A stretch of 63,552 bases of DNA, counting the filler, from Reclinomonas americana ATCC 50394 (lineage: Eukaryota): NCBI GenBank assembly GCA_048213135.1. It is 17 parts of 17 records of this genome, joined end to end, with 100 filler letters (N's around TTAATTAATTAA, not from the genome) between each part and the next. Parts side by side here need not be neighbours in the genome. Positions count along the whole stretch, not along the records: positions 19,266 to 23,688 come from AFZH01021219.1; positions 23,789 to 25,279 come from AFZH01021221.1; positions 25,380 to 26,592 come from AFZH01021222.1; positions 26,693 to 38,391 come from AFZH01021223.1; 13 more parts are not named here. One strand, written 5' to 3'. Position numbers and translations under genes: made by a program. How positions within the stretch are numbered: the stretch's first letter is position 1; each line of letters opens with the position of its first letter. Below the pieces are notes generated by a model. It searched no databases. It worked only from the letters and a program-made list of their open reading frames with translations, and was not told where the DNA came from. Of the stretch, positions 21,043 to 33,521 are shown one piece after another.

Positions 21043-23412
21043 ATGGGCGCGTCTGTGTGCTCTCGTGGCGGCAACACCACGCCTCCACACGAACTCGCTG
21101 AGCGCATGATGCCTCCTCCTGCTGCTGCTCGCGGCACATTGGCGCGCACGGCCTCTGAGTTTGTGCGTGGGCGCATGCAGCAGGCCGACAGTGGCTTCTA
21201 CGCGACAGAGATGGACACGATGAGTGGCACTGTGGGCGGGGATAGTGATGATGATGATGAGTGGGCGAGTGTGACGTCGGCGGGTGGAAAGGGCGCGTTG
21301 AGGGACATAAGATTGGCGCTTGATAATTTGGATGATTACAAGGTGCGAGAAGGGAGAGGGGAAGGGAGAGGGGGAGGGGAGAAGAGGGCAAAGGGAGGGG
21401 GGAGGTGAAGGGGGAAGTTGGAAAGAGATTGTGTTTTCGATCGCTGCCTTCAGCTGCTCTCGCTGTCTCCTGCTGCTGCTGCTCTCACTGCCTTCTGCTG
21501 CTCTCGCTGCCCTCTGTTGCTCTCGCTGCATTCTGCTGCTCTCGCTGCCTTCTGCTGCTTTCGCTGTCACCTGCTGCTTCTGCTGCTCTCGCTGCCTTCT
21601 TGCGCTCTCGGTGCCTTGTGCTGCTCTCGCTGCCTTGAGCTGCTTTCGCTGCCTTCTGCTGCTCTCTGCGTTGTGCTGCTCTCTGCGTTGTGCTGCTCTC
21701 GCTGCCTTCTGCTGCTCTCGCTGCCTTGTGTTGCTCTCTCTGCCTTTGCTGCTCTCGCTGCCTTCTGCTCTCACTGCCTTGTGCTGCTCTCGCTGCCTTG
21801 TGTTGCTCCCTCTGCCTTGTGCGACTCTCGCTGCCTTGTGCTGCTCTCACTGCCTTGTGCTGCTCTCTGCCTTGTGCTGCTCTCGCTGCCTTGTGTTGCT
21901 CTCGCTGCCTGGTGCTGCTCTCGCTGCCTTGTGTTGCTCTCTCTGCCTGTGCTGCTCTCGTTGCCTTGTGTTACTCTCGCCGCCTTCTCTCTTCTCAGTC
22001 TCTTGTTGCCTGCGCAGCGCAATCGAGAGGAGCAACGAAAGGAACGCGAGGCCGCTGCACTCGCTCCTCCACGTCGATATCAGTACACCGTTGCGTCCTT
22101 GCTTCATCGCCCTCTCTTGCCCCTCTCCTTCTGCTCAATCTCCTGCGCAGGTGGTGGTGGCCGGCGACGCGGGTGTCGGCAAGACATCGTTCATTCGGCG
22201 TGTCGTCAATGAGCCCGTCACCGTGGGCAAGAGCGAATCGACGACTCGGCAGGGCGCTGGTGCGGGTGCGCATCCACTGGAGGTGTTTATGCGCACGTTT
22301 CGCTTTCATCACGAGGACGCCGATCATGACGTGCAGGTGGGTATCACTTCCCTTCTCCTCTAATTGCTCTATCTCTCATCCACCTTGTGCAGATCATTGA
22401 GCGCACCTCGCACCCCCGCCTGCGCGCCGTCACCGAAGGCTACTACCGCATCGCCGACGCCGTGATCGTGCTGGTGGATTGTGCGTCGTTCAGCGCCGAC
22501 TCGAGCTTCAGCCGTCACCGCCAGCACTTTGACGAGGTCAACAAGTGGCATCCGCGCGGTGTGTGCGACGGCGAGTTTGTGCGCGCCCTCATCGGCACCA
22601 AGTTCGACTTGTCGCGCTTGCCACCCACGGAGCGCATCGATCGCGAGGAGCGCGCACAGGCGGAGGAGCGCAGCAAGAAGCTGGCACACGTGGATGATCC
22701 CGCACGTGGAGTGCCGTGGCCAGTGGGTCGGGAGGCGGCGGCTGCGCTGGACACGACGTCGCGGTTGCAGTGGACTGTGTGCAGTGCGAAGGTGAGATGA
22801 CAATCAAGGAAAACAAGAGAAAGAGAGAGGGAGACAGAGAGAGAGAGAGAGAGAGAGAAAGAAGAGAAGAGAGAGAGAGAGAGACGAACGTAAGAGTGAG
22901 AATAACCCTCGCCATCACAGACACAACAAGCATACAATGAGACAGAGACAGAGAGAAAGAGTGGGAACAATCCTTGCCTTCACAGACACAACAAACATGC
23001 AATGAGAGAGAGAGAGGGAGCAAGGAAAAACACTGCGAGAGAGATGAACGAAAGAGTTTGAGTAACCCTTGCCATCACAGACTCAACAAGCATATAATGA
23101 GAGAGAGAGAGAGAGAGACGAACGCAAGAGTGTGAGTAACCCTTGCCATCACAGACACAACAAGCGTACATTGCCGACCTGATGAAAACAGTGGTGCTTC
23201 GCGTGCACCAACTGCAAGTCGAGCGCGAGGCGCAAATCGCGGCCGATCGTGAGATTCTCGACCGCTCGCAATACCTATTGCGCCTCTCACCGCGGCGCAA
23301 CGAGTGGGCGGGACTGAATGACAATCGCAGTCGACTGGCGCTGTTGCATCCGCATGCGAGGCCACTCACGGCGGCGCGGTTGTACAGGGATCCGTGGAGG
23401 ATATTGCGGTGA
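21043..23412 (+). CDS. Atypical Rab-like small GTPase with N-terminal extension and putative N-myristoylation
   Basis: Exons 21043-21342, 22151-22336, 22393-22791, 23155-~23412. G1 KVVVAGDAGVGKTS, Rab-like RAVTEGYYRIADAVIVLVD, G4 GTKFD, G5 CSAK. G3 is degenerate. Confidence 0.8.
21440..22010 (+). repeat. Intronic ~20-bp minisatellite (TGCTGCTCTCGCTGCCTTG-like)
   Basis: Directly visible degenerate tandem repeat in intron 1 of the Rab-like gene. Confidence 0.9.
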
Positions 23413-23467
23413 GTCTGGGAGAAGGGAGAAGGGAAAGAGAGAGAGAGAGGAGGGAGAGGGAGGGAGG

Positions 23468-23609
<142 letters not shown>

Positions 23610-24048
23610 GACGACGAGTAGTACGAGAGTAGAGTAAGTACGAGAGACGTAGACGTAGTACGTACGTACGACGACGTAGTAGTACGTANNNNNNNNNNNN
23701 NNNNNNNNNNNNNNNNNNNNNNNNNNNNNNNNTTAATTAATTAANNNNNNNNNNNNNNNNNNNNNNNNNNNNNNNNNNNNNNNNNNNNTAAAGGGGGCAA
23801 GAGCAGAGGGGGAAGGAGAAAAAGAGGAGGGAGTGTGAAAGAGAGAGACAGAAGAATAGAAGGAGGATCGATTGTGTTTTTTCGACGTCGATATCGATGA
23901 CCTGCAACAATGTCTCGCTGGCAGGCAAGGCACCTCATGTCACTGCGCTCCAAGTGCATTTATGTCTCACAGCTGCCTGTGCCACCAATTCTCTTCTCGT
24001 CGACGTTCGCGATGTTTCACAGGACATCTCTTCTTTGTTCTTGCAAGA

Positions 24049-25243
24049 ATGGGCGAGCTTCTCAAGTTTGAGCCGATTCGGTGTGTGGTTGACGCGTCGT
24101 TCTGGACGGAGATCTCGCGGATCAAGTTGGATGAGATCAAGTTGGAGAACAATGTCTCCATTCCGATAAAGGTGAAAAGAGGGGGAAAGGATGAGGGGGA
24201 AGACAAAGGAGAAGGGAATGTGAGTGTGTGTATGCGAATGAAAGAGAGAATGTGTGTGAGTGTATCAGAGGAAACAGACACGCAGAGATACACACACACA
24301 CACACACACAGACAGACAGAGAGAGAGAGAGAAAGAGAAAGAGCAAGAGAGATGGATAGAAAGTGAGTGAGTGTGCTTGTTTGTGAGTGAGTGTGTGCAA
24401 GAGGCGATGCGATGAGACGATCTCCTGTGTGCAAGTGAGAGAAGAGAGAGAGAGAGAGAGAAGAGGGAGAGAGAGAGAGAAAAGAGAGAGAGAGAAGAGG
24501 AGAGAGAGAAGGGAGAGAGAGAGAGAGACAGAGAGAGAGAATGTCAAGATCCTTGGTGATTGAGTGAATGTGTGCAAGAGGCAATGCTGTGAGACACACT
24601 CTTTGTGCAAGTGCGTGTGTGTGAGAGAGAGAACGGAGGGAAAGGACGAGTGCAAATGTGTGTGTGTGGAGAGAGAGAGAGAAAGTTAGAGAGACAACGC
24701 GATGAGACAGACGCTGTTGTGAGTGTGTCATTGTCTAGAGTGTGTGAATCTGTGTGCCAGGATGTAAGGAGAAGAGAGCAGGAGAAGCTATTGCCGGATA
24801 GCGGTGAGGATGTGAGTGTTGTCTCTGACAGCTGCCTTGTGATTGCATTTCTCCGTCAATGCATTCACTGTTCTGCGCCGTCTTTTTCTCTCTTGTGTTC
24901 CGCGTGGAGAGTTGTTTACAGTTCGTTGATTCCCTCCCTTGCTGCTTTCTCGGTGTTGCGGTTTTCTATGCTGCCTTCTCGTTGTCTCTGCTACGGCTTC
25001 CTTTGGTGCCGTCGCTTTTCCAATACTGCTTTCTCTCTTTCTTTGTTGCCTTCTCTCCCTCCGTTGTTGCTTTCTCTCTCTCTCTCTCGCAGCTGTGTGA
25101 TGCCCTCACGTTGTTTCGTCTCCATTGCGATCCTCATTCTTTGATGCCTTTCCTCGCTCACGCAATTGTCTTGTTGCTCAGGCTGTTTTTTCATTTGTAA
25201 CGCCTTCTCTTTCTTGCTGCCCCCACTCTCTGTCAATGTTGTT

Positions 25244-25279
<36 letters not shown>

Positions 25280-25391
25280 NNNNNNNNNNNNNNNNNNNNN
25301 NNNNNNNNNNNNNNNNNNNNNNNTTAATTAATTAANNNNNNNNNNNNNNNNNNNNNNNNNNNNNNNNNNNNNNNNNNNNCGTACTAGTTGT

Positions 25392-25426
<35 letters not shown>

Positions 25427-28400
25427 GTTTTCTTGCTGCCCTCTTTCGCTCTTATTCCGTTGCCCTCTCTCTTTCTCATTCATTTTTGCCTTCTCCCGTT
25501 CTTGACTCCGCCTGCCCTTCGCATTCGTTGCCCAACTTTCCGTCATCGCCATCTCTGTTTGTGTATTCTCCTCTGTTTCATGAATGCCTCCCTTCCGCTC
25601 TCTATCCCCCCTTCTCCCTTTCCCACTCTTCTCCTCATCCCCTTCCCCCTCCCCCAGGGCACCTACTCCTGGAGCACCTCCACCATCGCCAACGCCGCCC
25701 CCGGCTCCATCGCTCCCTCCCTGCTCTTCCTCTCCGCCGACTCGTTCGCCAAGACGGCGGCGGCGGCGGGCCTGGCCACCGAGTACACGGTCTATGTGCC
25801 GGGCACGGTGATTCTGTTCAACACGGCGCGCGACCTGAAAGACTGCGACAAGCAGGCGCTGATCAACACGCACGGGGAGGCGATTGTGGCACGCTGTCGC
25901 GATGAGGCGCTCGATAATCCCGAGGAGGAAGGTGAGTGGTGGGAAGGGGTAGGAGGGGGGAGGGGAAAGGGAAGGGAGGCGAGGAGAAAAGTCAGAAGGG
26001 GCCGTCAGGGTGGGCGCTTGAAAAGGAAGTGGGGGCTTGGAGTGAGAGCTACAGAGACTGGAGAAGTGAGTGATTCAAAGTGAGTGCGAAAGTAGGGAGT
26101 TTAGAGTACTCACCTTGTTGTTGTGTTTCCCTTTATTTGTCCTTCTCTAATGCCGCAGTCTCTGTCCTCTCGAGTCTTGTTTTAAAGAGGTAGTGGGGAG
26201 CTTGGAGAGCAAAAAGATTCAAAGCTTCGTGTGAAATGCATAACACGGAGCACTCTTTGTACGTTTGATCTCATGCATTGCATGTCCCTCGACTCTTTCC
26301 TTTCGGTTCTCTTCGTGATGGCTGGAGTGCTGTCTCAATTCCCTGCTGCTCGACTTCAACTCTTCCTCTTCAGCAGTGTATTCCTGTTCACATTGTGAGA
26401 CTTGCATGCATTGCTCTTGCAGTCTCCATCTCTTTTTTGTGCTGGCTCTTCTCATTCTTCCCTCTGTTGCTCTCCTCTCCTCTCCTCTCCTCTCCTCTCC
26501 TCTCCTCTCCTCTCCTCTTTTCTCGCCTCTCCTCTCCTCTCCTCTCCTCTCCTCTCCTCTCCTCTCCTCTCCTCTCCTCTCCTCTCCTCTCCNNNNNNNN
26601 NNNNNNNNNNNNNNNNNNNNNNNNNNNNNNNNNNNNTTAATTAATTAANNNNNNNNNNNNNNNNNNNNNNNNNNNNNNNNNNNNNNNNNNNNTCCTCCCC
26701 TCCCCCTCCCCTCACCCCCCCCCCCTTCCCCTTCATCGCAGTCTCCCTGCAATCCTTCGTGATGCTCGTCTTCGCCGACCTGAAACGCCACAAGTACACC
26801 TACTGGACGGCGCACATTGCCGTGCCCCTCCCGCACCCGGCCACAGTGCTGACGGCGGACGAGGCACAGCGCATTCAACTGCCGGCCCCCATTGCCGGCA
26901 GCGATGTGGGCGCATGTGCGCACGATGCCGAGTCCGGCGCTTTCATGATTGTCGACGAGGAGCAGCGCGGTGGCGTGCGGCGCTTCCTCCCGCTCTCGCG
27001 CACCTGGCTGCGTCGCAGCTGCCACTTTGTGCGCGACGAGACCGTGGGCGAGAAGAACACGGCGCTGTTTGAGTGCCGCGATGTGCGTCTGCTGGTGGCG
27101 GACCCGAGCAGTCGGCCGGACGGTGTGGGCTGGCCGGTGCGCAATGTGCTCTTTTGGTGCGATCAGGTGCTGCGGAAGCGCGTGCGTGAGTTGTCCGATC
27201 GGTGAGTCCTGTTTTTCACAAGGCCTTCTTTGTGTTGCACTCAGTGTGGTGTGTGGATGCAGATCGGCAGTACGCGTCACGCTGCCGCTCTTTTGCGTGC
27301 GTCACACAGCGGAGCTGGGCATGGACAGCAGTGTGTCGATTGTGGTGCAGCTGGCGATGGATTTCGAGGCGGAAGCGGCCAAGGCGGAGGGGGAGACGAT
27401 TCAGTGCATTGGGTGGGAGCGCAATGCGAATTCCAAGTTTGCGCCGAACACGGTGGATTTGGGGGCGTTTATGGATGCTGATCGGTGAGGGGGGGAAGAG
27501 AAGGGGAAGGGCGGGGGACGGGAAGGGTGAAGGGGGGAAGGGTAATGGGGAAGATTTGGGAAGGGGGAAGAGGAGGAAGAGTAGGGGAGGGAAAGGGTGA
27601 TAGGGGAAAGGGGAAGGGTAAAAGGGGTTGGGAGAGAAAGGGGAAGGGTGAGAGGGGACTGGAGAGGACCAGGAGTGGATCTTTGAGCGTGTGATTCAGC
27701 GGGGCATAGGGAGATGGGGAAGGGAAGGGCGAGAGGGGACTGGAGAGGACAAGGAGTGGACCTTTGAGCGTGTGATTCAGCGGGGCATGAGGGAGATGGG
27801 GAAGGTTACAAGTGTAACTGTGTGACAGTGTGTGAGGGGGAGAAGCGAGGATATGGACAGCTGCGTGAGAAGAATGAGTGAATGACCGAGCACAATCATG
27901 ATTGTCAACCTTCTCGTTCTTTTTGTAACTCTGCTGAGAAAGTAGACTGTTTTGTGATTGCCGCGATCTCGCATTCATGTCACGCTCAATCCTTGCTCGC
28001 CAACTTTCTCACTATTCTCACTCGCAACGCACCCGTGTGACGCTTCGTGAATGAGAAAGCTTGTTGTTCAGAGAGAGAGGAAGAGTGAGGGTGGCATTTC
28101 TTCAGAGAGAGAGAGAGAGAGCTGCAGAATGTGTGGAGGGTGAAACTGTGTCTTGAAGTGCGTTGGCGATTTCGCGAGCGTTTAGTGATAAGGGGAAGCA
28201 AAGAGTACGTCTTGGAGTGCATGTGTGGTGCGACCAGAGTTAAAAATGGAAAAAATCAAGAAAGAGTGTGGGTCAGCAGTGAGAAGAGAGCGGGAGTACG
28301 CAGACGATGGCGCATTATCCAGTTCTGCTTGGTCTTGCCCTATTCTCTCTCTTTGCTGACACTCGAGTGCCCAGGTTGGCCGATCGCGGAGCCATGCTCA

Positions 28401-30240
28401 ACCTGTCGCTCATGCGGTGGCGCATGGTGCCGTCGCTGGACTTGAACTTGCTCAACGCCACCAAGTGCCTGCTCATTGGCTCTGGAACGCTCGGCTGCGA
28501 TGTGGCGCGCAATTTGTTGGTGCGTAGGAGGGGAGAGTGGGAGGGCAAAGGCAGGGAAGGAATGACAGTGAGGGAGTGACCGGGAAGGGGGGACGTGGGA
28601 GAAGGTGCGAACAAGAGTGAGAGCGAAAGTGATAAACTCTCTCCACATTGTGTAGCACTTCTCCGCTTCTTCGCTGTCGCTCCTTCACTGTCACTCCTTC
28701 ACTGTCACTCCTTCACTGTCGCTCCTTCACTGTCACTCCTTCACTGTCGCTCCTTCACTGTCGCTCCTTCCATGTCGCTCCTTCGTTGTCGCTCTCTTCC
28801 CTGTCTCTTCTGTCATGTCGCTCCTTCACTGTCGCTCCTTCGTTGTCGCTCTTCCACTGTCGCTCCTTCGCTGTCGCTGTCTCCGCACTCCTTCGCTGTC
28901 GCTCCTTCGCTGTCGCTTCTTCCCTGTCGCTCCTCCACTGTCGCTCCTCCAGTGTCACGTCTTTCTCTCTCTCTCTCGTCTTTTCGTACCTCTCCACTCC
29001 TGCAATCTATCCTCACCCTTTGTCCTCCATCCTTCCCCTTCTTATAACAGGCCTGGGGCATCCGCCACATCTCCTTCGTGGACTACGGCCGCGTGGCCTA
29101 TAACAACCCCGTGCGGCAGACGCTCTTTACGCACGCCGACTGCCTCAACGGCGGACGCATGAAGGCCGAGGCGGCGGCCGATGCGCTGAAGGCCATCTTG
29201 CCCACTGTGGTGAGCACCTCATCCACGATGCTCGCTTGTCATTCTTCCGTCCATTCCTCACTCTGCGCGTGCGTGCAGTCGAGCACTGGCTACTCGTTCA
29301 GCATTCCCATGCCGGGCCACTTGTACACCGAGGACGCGGTGCACAAGGCCTACAATCAGCTGAATGAGCTGGTGGCCTCGCATGATGCCGTGTTTCTGCT
29401 GCTCGACTCACGCGAATCGCGCTGGTTGCCGACTGCGCTGGCGGCCATGCATGACAAGGTGCGGTCTCCCGAGATTTGAATCAACGTCTGCATGCAATTG
29501 TTGATTTCGCATTCATCAGATCTGCATCGGTTGCGCTCTCGGCTTCGAGTCATTCGTGGTCATGCGACACGGATCGTCGTCGCTGCCGGTGCACGACCGA
29601 CTGGCATGCTACTTTTGCCCGGATCCCACCTTGCCGTGTGATGTTGCGGACTACCCACTAGCATGTTCACCGTGTAGCCTGTACTCACCCTCCTTTTCTC
29701 GTATCGCAGAGTGTGAGCGATCGAACATTGGATCAGCAATGCACAGTGACGCGTCCGGGCGGTGCGCCCATGGCCAGCTCATTGGCTGTCGAGCTGCTCG
29801 TGTCCATTCTCCACCATCCTCTGCGGTGAATTCCTTCCTGCTACGATGTCTGTTCTATTTCTGCTCACCCCTCTCCTCCTCCCTCCAGTCACACTGCGGG
29901 CGCCAGCACGCAAATGGGAGCGCGTGTCGGCAACGTCGAGGGCTCCAGCATTCTCGGCGACGTGCCGCACCAGATTCGCGGCTCTCTGGCGCAATACTCG
30001 CTGACGCACATGGTAGGTTCGGCGCACGATCGTTGCGTTGCGTGCTCGCCAGTGGTAGTCGATCACATGCGACGGGAGGGTGGCGAGTTCGTGGCGCGAT
30101 GCGTGGCGGACCCGGAGTATCTCGACGAGGTGACGGGAATGGCGGAGCTGAAGCGGGAGGCGGCGCGCATGTTGGAGGAGCGGGCGAGGGAGGATTTTGC
30201 GGAGGATTCGGCGGTCAGTGATGAGTGGGAGGTGCTGTGA
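24049..30240 (+). CDS. ATG7: Autophagy E1-like activating enzyme Atg7 (multi-exon, spans two gaps)
   Basis: MGELLKFEP...[77 protein letters not shown], active site [24 protein letters not shown]. Confidence 0.95.
28675..28960 (+). repeat. Intronic ~14-bp minisatellite (CTGTCGCTCCTTCA)n
   Basis: Visible tandem repeat within ATG7 intron 28520-29050. Confidence 0.85.
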
Positions 30241-30469
30241 GTGGAAGGGGGAAGGGCGCATGAGGGAAAGGGGCGTGAGGGAGGAGATTGAATACGGGTA
30301 AAGGGAAGATGAATTCACGAACTCGCACCGTGCATAAAGGGGTGACGACAAGTATGGTAATTTGTTGCTTGTCTCGCGCAACTGCCAACTAAGGATCAGT
30401 GGTTCACGAAACGTTGAATCGCACACACCATGCACCAATAGGTAAGGATGGAGGGTAAGTGTTAGTGGC

Positions 30470-30770
30470 CCACGCAGCCACCAACAAAATGGTCAGGAGT
30501 CCACAAATGCTAGAACCACACTCACCGTGCATCAAAGGACGAAGAGAGATGTGTGAAGGGTTGATGGTGTCTCACGCAACCACCAACAAAAGGGTCGCGG
30601 GGCCACGCTCCTCCAGTCACACGCACCAAGCATCGGGGGGTGCAGGATGAGCATGTAACCACCAACAAAACGGTTAGGGGCCCACGATATCTCGAACCGC
30701 ACTGGGCGAAGAGAGATGCGCGAAAGGTCAATAGACACACACATCCACCAAAAAACGGGGGGTCCACGAA
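30470..30770 (+). repeat. Four spaced degenerate direct repeats (CCACCAACAAAA.GGT...GG.CCAC) in the ATG7-FANCJ intergenic region
   Basis: Copies start near 30478, 30580, 30659 and 30745. Confidence 0.65.
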
Positions 30771-30887
30771 ACCTCGAGCTGCAAGCACAGTATCAAGGGT
30801 GATGAAAGAATGGTAAATGGGCGTAAACACCGCAAACAAAGCTTTAAAGTGTCTCGATGGTGAGATCTGTCAACACTCACACTCACT

Positions 30888-33466
30888 TCATTCTTCGCCG
30901 CCATCTTCCTGTAATGGAGGTTCCGGTGGTTCCAACGCCGCCATCTGTGACGGTGGCCTGCTGCGCTTACGTGCCGGAGACTCGGTGGGCGACGCAGCAC
31001 TTGCGCGCTCTGACGGACCAGCACCTCCCTCCTCCTCCTCCGCATCGACATCCACAAGGACACGAGATCGCTCCCGCTTCCCCGCACCAAGCACACCCTG
31101 CGTGAGGTGTCAGTCGTCACCACGCTGATGAAGCGACATAAACACTGAGCATACAAACCGTCGCGGGCGGCTGCGAAATGGCGCCGTCAATCAAGAACAC
31201 CTTGCCGAGGAGCGCACAGTCGGCCTCGGTCGCCACCGACAAGACGGAGAATGCCAGTGGGCGCCGCCGACTCGGTTCACACTCGGAGCACATGATGACC
31301 TGATACACGCGTCCTTCGGAGGGAACAACGAGGGTGCTGAGGAGAAAAACAAGTGAGACGATTAAAACAGCAGCGGCAAGTTAACAGCCAGAGTCTGTTT
31401 GCGGTGCCGCCGCCATTCTCATGGCACATACGCAAATGCAGTCATCCACACACACACTAAACCTCCTCAACGCTGCTCTCCTTCTCCCATCACTCCCTCA
31501 CTCACCTCGGCGACGGCAACGCATCATCATCCACCGACTCGGCGACGAGCGCCTCCAAGCACGGACCGCGCAGATACTGCCGCCACACATCTCTGCGGAG
31601 GGGCGCGGTGGCAATCTGCACCCACTGCACCAGCACACACTCGGTCACCGACACCTCACCCAGCGACGAGTCGGGTGTGGCCAGCGGACTTGTGCAATTG
31701 TGATAGAGTGCACACATGAAGGCACTGGTGAGTGGAGCGGATTCGCCAACGCGCGCCACCACGGCCACTTTGGTGGCACACGAACTGCAGCGGACAACGG
31801 TCTGCGGCACCACTGTGAATTAGCACACACACGCGCGAGAGCTGTCGCGAAGATTTGCACCTGTGCCTCCGACGCCGTCGTGGTCGTCATCGGTGTCAAT
31901 GCCTGCGACGATTTTGGCACGGCGATGGATGGCGGTTCCTCCGGCACCGATTTCTTGCGCAGAAATGAGGCCAGTGTGCGCTGACTGCCGATTTGGTCTG
32001 CTGTCAGTCCTCGAAAATCATTGTCGATCTCGTCGTCGTCATCCGCTGCAGATGTGCCCTGCGAGCAAGCAATTGTAATGAGCGCCACATTTGGAAGAAG
32101 TGCCTGGCATGGAGGCAGAACCTCAAACTTGAGAAACGCCTTGCGCCTTCGTTTTCTGCGAGAATTTTCGACAGCAGGTGGCGCAGCCTGCGGAGGACAT
32201 GACAGTGAGTGCTCACCGCAAGCGCGAGCATGTATCAGTACAAACCGCAGTCGGTGCGCTGTTGCTGGCCTCTCCATCGCCGTTAGCTTTGGTGAGGCGA
32301 GCCAGTCCTGCACCTCACATGTGAGCTTCACGGCGGAGAGCGCTTGTGGATAGTGAACGAACCAGTGACTGCGGCACTCTTATCCTCCATGTCCACATCG
32401 GCACCGGAAAGCGAGACACCTGCAAGAAGGCGTGAACAGAGACGAATGCGAGTTGCGCGATTGTTGTCGGAGGGTACGAGTGAAGAAAGATGAGAACCGG
32501 AGCCATAGACAAACCTGACCGCGATGCCGCGGATTGGAGAGGAGCTGCACGCAGAGACGTGAGCCACAGATAGCCATAGAGACAACCGAGCAAGTACACA
32601 AACCGACTCTGCTGGCGGCCGATCGTTGCACAAAGTCGGCGCCGGTGCCAAACTCGCTTCGTGCGTTGGTGAAGAACGTGTCCAGCTCGTCGTAGATCTC
32701 ACTGCACACGACGTGTTGTCGCACCGCCGGTCGCAGCCAGCGACTCAGCATGGCGAGGCTGTTGGCCTCGGAGAAGCGGTCATCTGTAGAGAGGAAAGTG
32801 AGGACGCGGGAAATGGTGGGGTGAGGAGATGGGAGTGGGACTCGCCGACGAGGATGACGGCGCCGTAGTCGCGTTGGTGGCGGATGCAGCGGCCTGTTGA
32901 AAGGGAAGGAAGGGTGAGAGGGGAGAAGGGAGAAGCGGGGAAGGGAGAGGGAGAGGGAAGGGGGAGGAGGAGGGGGAGGAGGAGGGAAGGGGAAGGGGGA
33001 AGTGGAGAAGGGAAGAGCGATAGAGAAGAATAGGGAGAAGGACGGGAAGCAAGGGCGAGAAAGAGGAAGAGGGAGGGGAGGTAGGTGGAAGAGGGGTGGG
33101 AAGGAGAAGGGAGAGAGAGAAGAATAGAGTGATTGAGAACGCGTGACACGGAAAGCGTCGGTGAACACGATGGTGATAAGCGTGGAGTGTGTGTGTGAGA
33201 GAGAGAGAGAGAGAGACAGAGACAGAGAGAGAACGTAACGGTGAGGATAACATACAATAGAGAGACAAGGAGATGGAGAGGAAGCGGGGGAGAGAGGAAA
33301 GGGAGCGGGAAAGGAAGAGGGAGAGAGAGAGGAGTGGGGAGAGCGAGAGAGAAGAAATGGCGAGGATACCGCACAGGAATGAAGAGAAGGGGAGGAAGAG
33401 GCAAGGGTGTGAAAGTTGGAGCTCAACGACAAATAGCATTTACAAGTATGCTTGCGTGTGTGTGTG

Positions 33467-33521
<55 letters not shown>

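Noticed and set aside
30470..30770. Possible CRISPR array
   Set aside because: Eukaryotic context, degenerate repeats, unequal and partly homologous spacers, no cas genes. Kept only as an unexplained repeat.
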